A stretch of DNA of 64,000 nucleotides from Paraphysomonas bandaiensis (GCA_965644295.1 CBFFRP010000199.1:1-64000); one strand, 5' to 3'. Counted from the stretch's first letter, positions 36,892 to 49,328 are shown. Notes: generated by a model from the sequence alone, not told the origin. Made by a program: numbers and translations.

Positions 36892-37819
36892 GGTTACTTT
36901 CCTCAATTATATTAAGTGGAATGGTGTTACATATATATCAACACGGCTCTTCCATCTCATCACCGTCAATATCAATTATCAAGCCATCATTCACTTAACA
37001 GTATCTTTAACAGTCATATTAATAAAACTGAAAATATAGGAACAAAAAACTTAGTTGGACGGTATACTCGTAGTATATGTCGGTATACCACTCGCTCCGT
37101 TTTCCGGTGCCGCTGTTTTTTGAGGTGCCATTCTTTGGTGTGTTTTTTATCATCAGAATTGCAATCGGATCTTCATATAGATATACATGTATGTATATTC
37201 CTTTAAAATCATCATATTTGTACACTCCTGTCATAATAAATACACCAATACATAAGAATGGATAGTTCCTGTGGTTAGTCACATCAACACTGATATCTGG
37301 TTGAAATATCAGATGATGGGGAGTGAGAGGGATGTATTCCTCGTCCTCTGAACCTGGTGATGTACTCAGCGTTGTTGCCGCTTCCTGTAAGCTCATTGTT
37401 TGTATTTTTAGGGGAGATAATCATTCAGCTGCTATGTAGACAATAGGGAGTCTTCCATGCGCAGACCTCACTTCATTATTAGTCTCATTTGTAGTGTATT
37501 TGCGGATATATATCGGATCTATGCGATATATGGCTTCATTGTGTTTGTGTCATCTGCATTGAAGTGTAGGTATTTGAGTGGAAGAGTATATAAGTGTGTT
37601 ATATTGTCTCTTGTTGCATTCTGCAGCTTGTTTACATGATTATAGATGCTAGTGCTACACATAACCTTGTTATTATTACGTATTCTCGTTACAATATTTT
37701 AAGACTGTGTTTTCACGAATATTGAAGTCATCATCTTATGGTATATCAGCATAGATTACCTATTCACCAGCTATACATGTATGCACTCAGTGTGTTCATG
37801 TTCATGCAACAGTTCAAGA

Positions 37820-38720
37820 TCTAGATATGTGGTATATGTTCTGTGTCTTCGCTCTGTGTGCTTCATACAACATATATAGACCATGTATGTGGTATATGTT
37901 CTCTGTATGTGCTTCATACAACACATTGAGACCATATATGTGGTATATGATCTGTATGTTCGCTGTGTGTGCTTTACACAGCACACAGAGACTGTATATG
38001 TGAAATGTGCTCTGTATATTCACTCTGCGTGCTTCATACAACATATATAGACCATGTATGTGGTATATGTTCTCTGTATGTGCTTCATACAACACATTGA
38101 GACCATATATGTGGTATATGATCTGTATGTTCGCTGTGTGTGCTTTACACAGCACACAGAGACTGTATATGTTAAATGTGCTCTGTATATTCACTCTGTG
38201 TGCTTCATACAACACGCAAGAACCATATATGTGGAATATGTTGTGAATATATTACTCTGTGCTCTTCATGCAACATACAGGGACTATGTATGTGTTATAT
38301 GGTGCGTAGTATCACACTTTGCCCCTCATACAACACGCAAAGACTATATATGTGGTATATGATATATGCGTTCACTCTGTGCGCACCATGCGACACGCAG
38401 GGACTATATAAGTATTGTATGATGTATGTATTATGTATTCACTATGTGCTCTTCATGCAATACACAAAGCTATTTAAGTGCTATATGATGTGCATTTTTG
38501 AACTCTGTGCTACATATAAAACAGAGAGACTATTGAAGTGTTTTTAGTGATCTGTATGTTTACTATGTGCGCTTCGTACAGTACACAAGCACTCAATGTA
38601 TGGTATATGACGTGTAGTTTCGCTCTCTATGCTTCGTATAGTAGCCGGGGATTATATCAGTGTTATATGATGTATGTGTTTACTCACTATGCTTCGTATA
38701 TAGTATATAGTACATAGGGA
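37820..38720. repeat. ~60-bp minisatellite (~15 units, some 51 bp; one 171-bp higher-order duplication) in the left arm
   Basis: CTTCATACAA-type anchors at 37861, 37912, 37972, 38032, 38083, 38143, 38203 ... 38572, 38632, 38692. Confidence 0.9.
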
Positions 38721-39240
38721 TATAGCTTGGATAGGCCGACAGCCAAGGCTGAGGCCAGAGAAAAGGGAGACGAAGAAAAAGTATTGTTACGAGGAATATG
38801 TATCGCCGAGAGGCGTCAGTACAGACTTCATAAAGCAATCGAGGCACTAAGAACACTTGACGACAATGGGGCGATGGAAGTAGCGTAGCATATGGTTGTA
38901 GCTAGCACAGTGTATGGTTAAGTTTGATGTTGCTGATTTTTTAATTTGAACACTGTAATCCACAGTGCACGCTTGTTTTTAGTTTTTAATAGATAACGTA
39001 TTTTTTGCTTTAAAGGTTTACTATTTACATAAGTACTTTATTATTCTACTATTCTGGCTTCCTATCCCATCGTGTACAGTTGGCAGTAGCACTCTAAGTA
39101 CTAATACTACACAATAAAATATGACAATTTAATGTCATTTTCCACTGTTATTAAAATTCTACTCGACGGAGTTTACAGAGTAAACATATAAACCCAGTGC
39201 TATATATAACTGCAAAGTGCTGCGCCTACTACCTACATAG

Positions 39241-40142
39241 TCCCTATGTGCTATATACTATATACGAAGCATAGAGAGTAAACACATACATCATATAACA
39301 CTGATATAATCACTGGCTACTATACGAAGCATAGATAGCGAAACTACACGTCATATACCATACATTGAGTGCTTGTGTACTGTACGAAGCGCACATAGTA
39401 AACATACAGATCACTAAAAACACTTCAATAGTCTCTCTGTGTTATATGTAGCACAGAGTTCAAAAATGCACATCATATAGCACTTAAATAGTCCTTGTGT
39501 ATTGCATGAAGAGCACATAGTGAATACATAATACATACATCATACAATACTTATATAGTCCCTGCGTGTCGCATGGTGCGCACAGAGTGAACGCATATAT
39601 CATATACCACATATATAGTCTTTGCGTGTTGTATGAGGGGCAAAGTGTGATACTACGCACCATATAACACATACATAGTCCCTGTATGTTGCATGAAGAG
39701 CACAGAGTAATATATTCACAACATATTCCACATATATGGTTCTTGCGTGTTGTATGAAGCACACAGAGTGAATATACAGAGCACATTTAACATATACAGT
39801 CTCTGTGTGCTGTGTAAAGCACACACAGCGAACATACAGATCATATACCACATATATGGTCTCAATGTGTTGTATGAAGCACATACAGAGAACATATACC
39901 ACATACATGGTCTATATATGTTGTATGAAGCACGCAGAGTGAATATACAGAGCACATTTCACATATACAGTCTCTGTGTGCTGTGTAAAGCACACACAGC
40001 GAACATACAGATCATATACCACATATATGGTCTCAATGTGTTGTATGAAGCACATACAGAGAACATATACCACATACATGGTCTATATATGTTGTATGAA
40101 GCACACAGAGCGAAGACACAGAACATATACCACATATCTAGA
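39241..40142. repeat. Mirror copy of the ~60-bp minisatellite in the right arm
   Basis: Reverse complement of 37820-38720. Confidence 0.9.
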
Positions 40143-42736
40143 TCTTGAACTGTTGCATGAACATGAACACACTGAGTGCATACATGTATAGCTGGTGAAT
40201 AGGTAATCTATGCTGATATACCATAAGATGATGACTTCAATATTCGTGAAAACACAGTCTTAAAATATTGTAACGAGAATACGTAATAATAACAAGGTTA
40301 TGTGTAGCACTAGCATCTATAATCATGTAAACAAGCTGCAGAATGCAACAAGAGACAATATAACACACTTATATACTCTTCCACTCAAATACCTACACTT
40401 CAATGCAGATGACACAAACACAATGAAGCCATATATCGCATAGATCCGATATATATCCGCAAATACACTACAAATGAGACTAATAATGAAGTGAGGTCTG
40501 CGCATGGAAGACTCCCTATTGTCTACATAGCAGCTGAATGATTATCTCCCCTAAAAATACAAACAATGAGCTTACAGGAAGCGGCAACAACGCTGAGTAC
40601 ATCACCAGGTTCAGAGGACGAGGAATACATCCCTCTCACTCCCCATCATCTGATATTTCAACCAGATATCAGTGTTGATGTGACTAACCACAGGAACTAT
40701 CCATTCTTATGTATTGGTGTATTTATTATGACAGGAGTGTACAAATATGATGATTTTAAAGGAATATACATACATGTATATCTATATGAAGATCCGATTG
40801 CAATTCTGATGATAAAAAACACACCAAAGAATGGCACCTCAAAAAACAGCGGCACCGGAAAACGGAGCGAGTGGTATACGACAGCCACTTGGGGGTAATA
40901 TTTTTTTGTACCCCTTTTTACCTATTTTACATATTTTACCCTAAAAATGGAGCATTCTAGTATAGAAAAGGGAACTTTTTTCATAAGGTTTAGTATCTCA
41001 ATAATATCCATGTGTACATCCATGTATGAATGATATACACATTAATATAAACAATTATGCAGCAATAGAGATCTCGGATGGCAGTATGATGGAGTATGTA
41101 GAGAATGATGATATTATTGAGACGTAATATAATCCTTAAGAGGCTCATATGTTGACTACCTACCTATTTTACCCTCACTTATAGTAAGATACTATTACCA
41201 TATCTTGTCCCTATCCCTGATATCTAGCACCTGCCGACATCAAGAGAAAGGTCGAGTTGCCAGTGAATATTATAACTGAAGTACATCCACAGAGAATACT
41301 ACTACTGTATGAAGCACAAATGAGTACTGAAATCTTGTTTATAAGTTCTATGTGCCCTAGTAAAGCGCTAGTGATGATTACACTAAGCAATGTATAGATA
41401 TTTATTAATATCCTGGCGCATTCTTTGTTTGTCGGCACTAAGCGAGCTCTAGCTAGGTCTACACTATACTTGTAGAGCCCGTATGTGACTGCGAGAAACC
41501 CCACAGCATTCTGGGGAGAAGGGGGCTTAGTCAATACCACGCTAAGGCTATGTAAGGCATTCGTGGTCACAAAATCTCCGCAAAATCTTTGTTGGGTGAT
41601 TGGACGGTGAACATGGCTTTGGCAGAATCTGCGCGTGATCTATGTGGTCAGCTACGATGGTACAGGGTACACGGGTAGGCGGTTGGTAGAATCAGTGCGA
41701 AATCTTGGTGTTATATGTGGTGCACCAGGGAGCCTACACTATGGCCACACTGTCGGAATGGGCATATGTGCAATATATATATGACCATATAGGTAATTAT
41801 ACTTAAATTGTGTAAATCACTGAGTTATTCTATAATAATTCCTTTACTACGATACAGTATCTCTATTTATTTGCTTGACGTGTTATAGCAATTGTATTTT
41901 TTATAGCAACATGAAGTCAAGTATTTACTGGTATATATATTATCACAAGTCACTATTATGACTTCTGTATAGTGTGTTTGCAGTTTTCGTTAGCACAAAA
42001 GAGGAATAAATATTTTGCTGTCTAGTTGTCTGCTACTGCCTGGATATCGAGTACCGCGCGCACTTTAGCTTGTATTAAATAAATGAAGTATCAATGGCAC
42101 GATGTTCTTTTAAAATCTTATGCAATTAATTTAATTTGAAAAGGTGTTTATAATGTCTAGTTAGTAGAATGAAAGACAATGGTCTACAATAAACTAATCA
42201 TGCCCTTTAAATTTTGGCAAAAAGGGTTAGCTTTATAGTTAATTTGTTTATTTTTATATTCTCCCAAATTTTATTCTGTCTGAAATAGGGTTGAGTAATA
42301 TGGACTCTTTTTTTCTTATATAGTTCTGTTTTGAGTGGAGAAAGGTGATAAGCCTATACAATATGCTGTATGCAAAGTAACTTACAGATGCTTTTTATCC
42401 TGGTAGTAAAACGGGAATTCTAAGCAAGGGATTAATATTACTTTGTATAATACTGCTTTACTCACTTTGTGCACAATGAGTATTTGAAACTTCGTGTTGC
42501 AATGAAGCGAATTACACACACACCAATTTAAGATAATCTCGGGTTTAAAGATCAAACTAGTTCTTGATAAAAACGATTCCGTGTTATTTTATCCACATAA
42601 TTGCCTGTCAGTTTTCCTATTACACAGTTGCTATCATACGCATCATTTTGCGGAAATAAAAAACTCATATCTCTAGAAACTACAACAATACCAACATATG
42701 TGCATAGATACGAGCTCCTTGATCAGAAGGATATGC

Positions 42737-43192
42737 TCACTGCTCCGTGTCAGCACGGCGCTTGGCTTTAACAAATAGTATTCTTTCTGTTGCACATCTG
42801 ACAAGGCCAGATGCCACTCCACTCATAATTACGAATGCATATATCCGTCTAATAGGAAATGATTGAAAAGATGACATAGCATTTTTAATGAGTGGAACAA
42901 TATCCTTAGCCCCCTTAAACTCAAAACTAGCCGTAGGGGGCTTCCACTGACTTGGATATAACGAGTTCGCCATATACATTGTGCCTGCCCCTACGGAAAT
43001 GCCAACAAGGCCTGAAACAACACGAGCAGACTTAGATGCGTGTTCAGTAACTCCACCGAATATCAGGCTCGATGCTTGGTATGACCCTTGGTAAGTTAAG
43101 TCAAAAGTACCATACCATAAGCCAAACCCTCCAACTGCAACAGGAATCAAGACTGGGCGAGCAAGTAACTGCAATAATCTTCTACGAATCAT
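42737..43192 (-). CDS. Hypothetical small membrane protein (151 aa, ~3 Gly-rich hydrophobic segments, possible mitochondrial presequence)
   Basis: Intact ATG-to-stop ORF with protein-like composition; Arg/Leu-rich N-terminus MIRRRLLQLLARP. No family recognised. Confidence 0.7.
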   Translation of the reverse strand: MIRRRLLQLLARPVLIPVAVGGFGLWYGTFDLTYQGSYQASSLIFGGVTEHASKSARVVSGLVGISVGAGTMYMANSLYPSQWKPPTASFEFKGAKDIVPLIKNAMSSFQSFPIRRIYAFVIMSGVASGLVRCATERILFVKAKRRADTEQ

Positions 43193-44969
43193 TGATGATC
43201 CACTTGTGATAACTTTAATATCTATCTATACTTTAAACATGTGAATGAATTGTGGTGGTTTGTATAGAGCCAACATAGCCGCTTCAACGACTCTTGTAGC
43301 TATAGAACACACACAATATATACAGCAGTGTGCTTGTATATATGCATATACAGAGTATACTGCTGTTTTATATACTGTACACATATAAATATACCGAATA
43401 CAGCAGTACTGCGTGGGCATATTGCCGTGTAAATGATATACGGTATAATACAGCTACAGTGTGTGGGACATAGACATGCACACAGCGCCGCAAGCAATAC
43501 ATTCATAAGCCGTCCATATCTTGCCACACTACTCCCTCAACTAACCACCACCATGCCTATAAACAACAGGACATCAACTCCTCTACCTTTTCCTTCAATA
43601 TCCACTAATTAAGGCCTCTACAATCATCCTATTCTATATAATCTATCTATCTATCGCTCTATCATACACTATCATAGACACCATTCGTAGTCCCTCCCAC
43701 ACTCATCACACTATATCCGGATAATACTATAATCTACGAAATATATCTTATAGAAGCATTGTGATCTATATACACAAACCATCAGATGAAGTTATGCCTC
43801 TGCCGACCTCTCCATTCGGTCCTCATGAGGGTCATGTAGTGTATTACAACTACCCATATGATAATATTGAAATTGATGATTAAGTATTAGATATATTAGA
43901 AATACACATGTTGGCAATTTTGTTGTCATGATGCCGAGATTCAGATATTGAAAGGGTAACTACTTTCAGGTCGGCTTCGGGGACCTGCCTACCTGTACGA
44001 TTTTCTGTTACGGTTTTCAACAGAGGTGAGAGAAAAAGAAGCGTGTATCGATTCAAATGGTAATAGTAGTACTAATTACAGTACTTTTTGTTTTCCAATT
44101 TTTGAAGTCCCAGTGCCCGGCAGGATGTGAGAATGGAGTTTGCTATTCAAGACCCTATATGAGATATGGGGGACAGTGGAAATGTTCAACTACTTTTGGC
44201 TTACGGTGTAAAATCTGTTTTCGCATATGTTTGGTATCAACAGAAGTAGATCAGGGACGAAATCGTTTAAACCAAGACTTGTATGGGCATTACGTGATAA
44301 GAACAGTAAACGTGCCTTGATATAAACCCAATTGTTACCAAATATGATTTTCATCAACAGAGTGACTTTTCTTTTCTTCACACATCAGACTTTATATGGC
44401 ACAGAAAGATATCTGTATCCCCAGCGTACTCTCCAGTCTCCAGAGATTCATGATGCTGATATAATTTATGATTAAACATGTTCTGTTTCTAAGTGAGGGC
44501 AAAATAATGGTAGCGACAAGAATTACGCGTACTGTCAATTGTCAATATGAAGAAAGCGGAAGGAATAGAGCCAACCAGAACCCAGAACAGGCTGCAATTT
44601 ATGGCTGATACGCGGTGTAGTCGGTACTATAACCAGCTTACTCTTCCTATTCAATCTCAACTTTGAGTATAGTTGCGATAGTGTTGAAAAGTATCTTTGT
44701 ATGATAAGACAACATATTAAAATTTACTTCTATCATATTGGTTTCTATTGTGTATTATATTAGGATTTCACGATAACCACAAAAATTCTTAAGTTGTGGA
44801 ATTAAATGAGCAATTTAATCCCATTTCAAGACTCGGGCTACCACATAAGTCAAATCTTGCTACTTATAACTAAAACATAAGCGACAGTACAAATATTGTA
44901 AAAATACACACACAAAATCAGAACACATCGCCATCAATGGAATGCCGGTGCCAAACACAACTATCACTT

Positions 44970-47396
44970 TTAAATACTACTCTTATTCGAAGGAGGGAGC
45001 GTCGGGGGGTCATGGTTACCAGTCTGCGATAAGTTAGTAGCAATCTGCCATTGATCGAACGATGGTGCCACACCACTACTACCGCCACCCCTATTTCCGG
45101 AAGACGTATTGCTCTTACTGGTCGGTGGATGTGGAGGGGTGCCATGCTGACCAGTCTGTGGCGGTTGGACAGCACTCTGCCATTGATCAAACGATGGTGC
45201 CACACCACTACTACCACCACCCCTATTTCCGGAAGAAGTATTGCTCTTACTGGTCGGTGGGTGTGGAGGGGTGCCGCGCTGGCCAGTGTGTGGCGGTTGG
45301 ACAGCACTCTGCCATTGATCGAACGATGGTGCCACACCACTACTACCGCCACCCCTATTTCCGGAAGACGTATTGCTCTTACTGGTCGGTGGATGCGGAG
45401 GGGTGCCGCGCTGGCCAGTGTGTGGCGGTTGGACAGCACTCTGCCATTGATCGAACGATGGTGCCACACCACTACTACCGCCACCCCTATTTCCGGAAGA
45501 CGTATTGCTCTTACTGGTCGGTGGATGTGGAGGGGTGCCATGCTGACCAGTCTGTGGCGGTTGGACAGCACTCTGCCATTGATCGAACGATGGTGCCACA
45601 CCACTACTACCGCCACCCCTATTTCCGGAAGACGTATTGCTCTTACTGGTCGGTGGATGTGGAGGGGTGCCATGCTGACCAGTCTGTGGCGGTTGGACAG
45701 CACTCTGCCATTGATCAAACGATGGTGCCACACCACTACTACCGCCACCCCTATTTCCGGAAGACGTATTGCTCTTACTGGTCGGTGGATGTGGAGGGGT
45801 ACCATGCTGACCAGTCTGTGGCGGTTGGACAGCACTCTGCCATTGATCAAACGATGGTGCCACACCACTACTACCGCCACCCCTATTTCCGGAAGACGTA
45901 TTGCTCTTACTGGTCGGTGGATGTGGAGGGGTACCGCGCTGACCAGTGTGTGGTGGTTGGACAACGCTCTGCCATTGATTGAACGATGGTGCCACACCAC
46001 TACTACCGCCACCCCTATTTCCGGAAGAAGTATTGCTCTTACTGGTCGGTGGATGTGGAGGGGTACCGCGCTGACCAGTGTGTGGTGGTTGGACAACGCT
46101 CTGCCATTGATCAAACGAAGGTGCCACGCCACTATCACTGCATGTACTTCTGAATGTGGAATTGCTCCTACTGGTTGGTGCAAGAGGAGGGGTGCCGGTC
46201 TGCCATTGTTGAAATGGAGGTCCCGTATTCCTATTTCCCAGGTTGTTGAGTGTCATGTTGTCGTCAGGAGTAGACGCTAAGGAGGTTGCACTGTTAGTAC
46301 TATTTGGTGTACTCGTTCTGAATTGACTATACACTCGAGGCGGAGTCATTGAATTAGTATTCCTGAACGAAGCTAAAAACGGGTTTATACTAGTAGATTG
46401 CTCATGAGTAAACCACGGCTTCATATAAATGGGCATCGGTGGGGAAGGAACTTGCACAGGGGTGTCGGGGCTTCCTTGTGTGCTGGTTTTCTGCGAACAG
46501 CTTGGGCTGCAAATAGAAGGGACAGATGATACAGGACCCGCAACGACAGTGGGCTTATCATCTATAATTACATTTACAACAGCATCTTCTCTCACGGTCA
46601 TAACAACCTCAGATACTTCCTTATCGATGGTTCGTTTGGTGCGCACCAACAACCAATTTATAACTACAGCATCAAGAGTAACATCAAAAATACCCCAAAA
46701 ATTTGACATATAATCAGATTGAGACCCATTCATCAAAGCATTCATCATGAAGGTGGCAAATGATGTTGACAAGCAAATGACTGCCCCAATGAAATTCTTC
46801 TTAGCCAGGGATTGAACCATACTGGAGTCACCTGAGTACTGTAGAAGCGGGCGCATGAACTGTATTATCATAACGAAGCTGAAAAAAGAGTTGCATGCCC
46901 ACATCGGTATTGTGGCCCTCGCACGCACACCAATGTGGCATCCTCCATTACTGTCAACATGATACACTCTATTCAAAACCAACCACACAGATGTAAATAT
47001 AAGTGGAATGAACGACGCGACGCTAAGCAAATATTGCCGAGACCGCCACCGTTGCGAACTTCTAGGGGTGAAAACTTTCGATATATGATACACTTTCTCT
47101 ATTAGATATAGATATATCAGCAATTTACATGCGCAATAAATGATGATGCCAATTAGGGACCCAAGACTACAATAAGTGTTATCATTGATGCGATTTTGAG
47201 AATGTAGAAAATTAGTTATAGCAACTTGAGCAGCGAATAATAAACATAAAGTTAGCAGTGATAGACCGATAACATCCATGCCAAGTAGACCTTCAGAGGT
47301 TTTGCGAAATGCTTCAATTCTCCAACATATTAATGTAAATATAGCAATCACAGCAACAGAAGAGAATACTTCTAATGCAATAGCAATAGGTGTCAT
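44970..47396 (-). CDS. 7TM GPCR-like protein, paralogue 1 (808 aa, intronless), with a tandem-repeat C-terminal tail
   Basis: About 7 hydrophobic segments in the first ~250 aa; Cys at the top of TM3 (YCSLG) and in ECL2 (GCHIG); S/T/P-rich tail with 44-aa repeats. Confidence 0.85.
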   Translation of the reverse strand: MTPIAIALEVFSSVAVIAIFTLICWRIEAFRKTSEGLLGMDVIGLSLLTLCLLFAAQVAITNFLHSQNRINDNTYCSLGSLIGIIIYCACKLLIYLYLIEKVYHISKVFTPRSSQRWRSRQYLLSVASFIPLIFTSVWLVLNRVYHVDSNGGCHIGVRARATIPMWACNSFFSFVMIIQFMRPLLQYSGDSSMVQSLAKKNFIGAVICLSTSFATFMMNALMNGSQSDYMSNFWGIFDVTLDAVVINWLLVRTKRTIDKEVSEVVMTVREDAVVNVIIDDKPTVVAGPVSSVPSICSPSCSQKTSTQGSPDTPVQVPSPPMPIYMKPWFTHEQSTSINPFLASFRNTNSMTPPRVYSQFRTSTPNSTNSATSLASTPDDNMTLNNLGNRNTGPPFQQWQTGTPPLAPTSRSNSTFRSTCSDSGVAPSFDQWQSVVQPPHTGQRGTPPHPPTSKSNTSSGNRGGGSSGVAPSFNQWQSVVQPPHTGQRGTPPHPPTSKSNTSSGNRGGGSSGVAPSFDQWQSAVQPPQTGQHGTPPHPPTSKSNTSSGNRGGGSSGVAPSFDQWQSAVQPPQTGQHGTPPHPPTSKSNTSSGNRGGGSSGVAPSFDQWQSAVQPPQTGQHGTPPHPPTSKSNTSSGNRGGGSSGVAPSFDQWQSAVQPPHTGQRGTPPHPPTSKSNTSSGNRGGGSSGVAPSFDQWQSAVQPPHTGQRGTPPHPPTSKSNTSSGNRGGGSSGVAPSFDQWQSAVQPPQTGQHGTPPHPPTSKSNTSSGNRGGGSSGVAPSFDQWQIATNLSQTGNHDPPTLPPSNKSSI
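45046..46129 (-). repeat. 132-bp coding tandem repeat, 8 full units plus degenerate flanking units
   Basis: Unit VAPSFDQWQSAVQPP[HQ]TGQ[RH]GTPPHPPTSKSNTSSGNRGGGSSG; CCATTGATC anchors at 45048 and 46104 are 8 x 132 bp apart. Confidence 0.98.
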
Positions 47397-48740
47397 ATTA
47401 TAATGTGTTTGTATAGTGATTGTTTAGATAATCATGATATACAAGTAATTCTATTGTATGAGAATTATACACCTTTAAAGGGAAGATAACATGTGATCAA
47501 ATCACAACATTTAATTGGTAAATAATCAACTGTTGGAGTTCCTTCACTATATATATATAGTTATCGTGTGGTCATACTTGACCTCTACGATCCCCTCTAT
47601 TTATATATATAACACACCACTGCACTGCACTCTATACTGATATACATATATTGAAATATGGTGAAGTGGAAGTGCGAAGTGAAGTGCGAAGTGAGCCTCG
47701 ATAGTGTACGTACATATATGGGCATAGTGTCTGTATGTATTCCCAAAAAGAATGATATGACATAGATACACCACCAACAAGTAGAATTCTCAAACTGTAG
47801 TTTACTGTATTCCTGAAGAACAGTTTTAGTATTGGGCAGTTTTATGACCACATACTACTGTATTCTGTATATACGGTACTGTATTATATGGTCACTGTAT
47901 TGTAGTGGATACATTCCACTGATGTATCCAAAATTAAGTAAGATCGCCATGCTGTTATTGCATCCGCTACAGATATAGTTGTGGATAATATCACAAACAC
48001 AGATATTCTTCTCTGTTTTCACACTGTGTTGTCTGTGCTACTGTAAAGGATAGATTTTAGTATTCCCATTCATTGCAGTGAGCACAAGCTACTGCATCAC
48101 ACATATCATATCCTTCACCACCTACACTAGCACTATGTTGACAGTGATTGAATATACATGCACACTATACCTTTGAGGGCGTCAACAAAGAGTGTCATAT
48201 TAGAGCCCGTTTTGTTTTCACATGATACAGTTTTCCTCGTCTTAGGTGTGTTACTTGATTGGCGGTTCTTCTATAGTTATATGTTCTGGTCACAAGGTAT
48301 TATAAAGCTAGGTTTTATCTAAGTCGGCACAGTTCTAACTTCCGTTGTCAGTAGCTTACTGTTGGTTAGACCTGTTATTATTGAACTTATAATTTATAAA
48401 TTAAGTCAGGCTCGGGCCTATAAAATATAAAAGCATACTCGAATAATTGCTCTATTTAGTGCAAACCATCCCCTTTGAGGGGTACGGTCAGCGCTACCAT
48501 TGAAAGATGCAGTGTGCCACTGATACATTGACTGTACATATCAATTTTACCCCTTTTAAGTTGACTCAGTTGACTCTATCACTGTACTTTCGGAAGCTAC
48601 GCACTGCCAAGGAATACATATGCAATTGCTTCTATCTTGTGTCGCATTACTCATCATAAAAACTAAGTACTTGTTTCATTCACGATTGACATCGTAGTGT
48701 ACCAACATGCTCGTTTTATTTCCGTTGTAAATTCTAGTGA

Positions 48741-48898
48741 TTGAAAGTTTTATTATTTGCATTAGGCGTTAAAAACCTGCACCAGCGTAGTTGCTAGATG
48801 GACAAAGTAGTCAAGCCAGATAAGCACTTACCACTTACTAACCAGCGTAAACTCTTATATCCTACTATTTAACGCTACGAGAATTGCTTGTGCGTCGC
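48741..48898 (-). repeat. Dispersed repeat family copy C (truncated within the hairpin)
   Basis: TAGGCGTTAAAAACCTGCACC...ATCCTACTATTTAACGCTAC...GCTTGTGCGTCGC matches copy D. Confidence 0.8.
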
Positions 48899-49328
48899 GT
48901 CTCTTTTCTATGGAATAGTACGTTAAAGCTTTATATATAACAAATATTTTTCGTAAACAAATACAGTCTCGAAAAATGATAAATGTCTTCATATTGATTT
49001 TCGAAAAATAAATTTCTTTTATTAATTATATTTAACGCAACTGCTACTATGCATGTTTTGAGAAAACGCTACAACTCTCAGCACTATACCATAAATACCA
49101 TATAGTGAAATGGTGAATACATATCGTACACGATGAAAAAGATTCTGATATATGTGGTGTAGAAAAAAGGCAAAATACCAAAAATATAGTATAAGTGCAA
49201 TTCATGAGGGTAATGACAATATGAAACCGGAGCCCCTAGTATTCGCCAGTGCAGATATGGCTACAGGCCCGCTATATAGGCTCATAGCAATCCTAACACT
49301 GATCGACTGCTGGTACAATACCACTACT

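Larger units (their letters stand above)
37089..40873. mobile_element. Foldback-type element: ~1.63-kb inverted arms (37089-38720 and 39241-40873) around a 520-bp spacer
   Basis: The arms are reverse complements; mirrored ORFs in the track confirm this. Termini CACTCGCTCC...GGAGCGAGTG, with GTATAC on both sides (37083-37088 and 40874-40879). The inverted repeat is certain; transposon identity is inferred. Confidence 0.75.

Noticed and set aside
37089-40873. Inverted repeat as a fold-back sequencing artefact
   Set aside because: Unique flanks on both sides, a candidate target duplication, a 520-bp unique spacer and inner-arm mismatches argue against it, though reads are needed to exclude it.
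37019-40898. Mirrored ORFs in the inverted arms (MSLQEAATT..., MLYEAH...) as genes
   Set aside because: No recognisable domain; the outer ORF runs off the element end into different flanks on each side, and the inner ones come from 3n-length repeat units.
41211-41700. 119-aa minus ORF and a WGEGGLVN peptide resembling a PIF1/Helitron helicase motif
   Set aside because: Non-ATG start, no other helicase motifs, and too short to support.
43795-44610. Possible multi-exon gene or decayed transposase fragment (intron-like GT..AG segments, YRFKC...GC)
   Set aside because: Every splice path I tried hit a stop codon and no family was recognisable.
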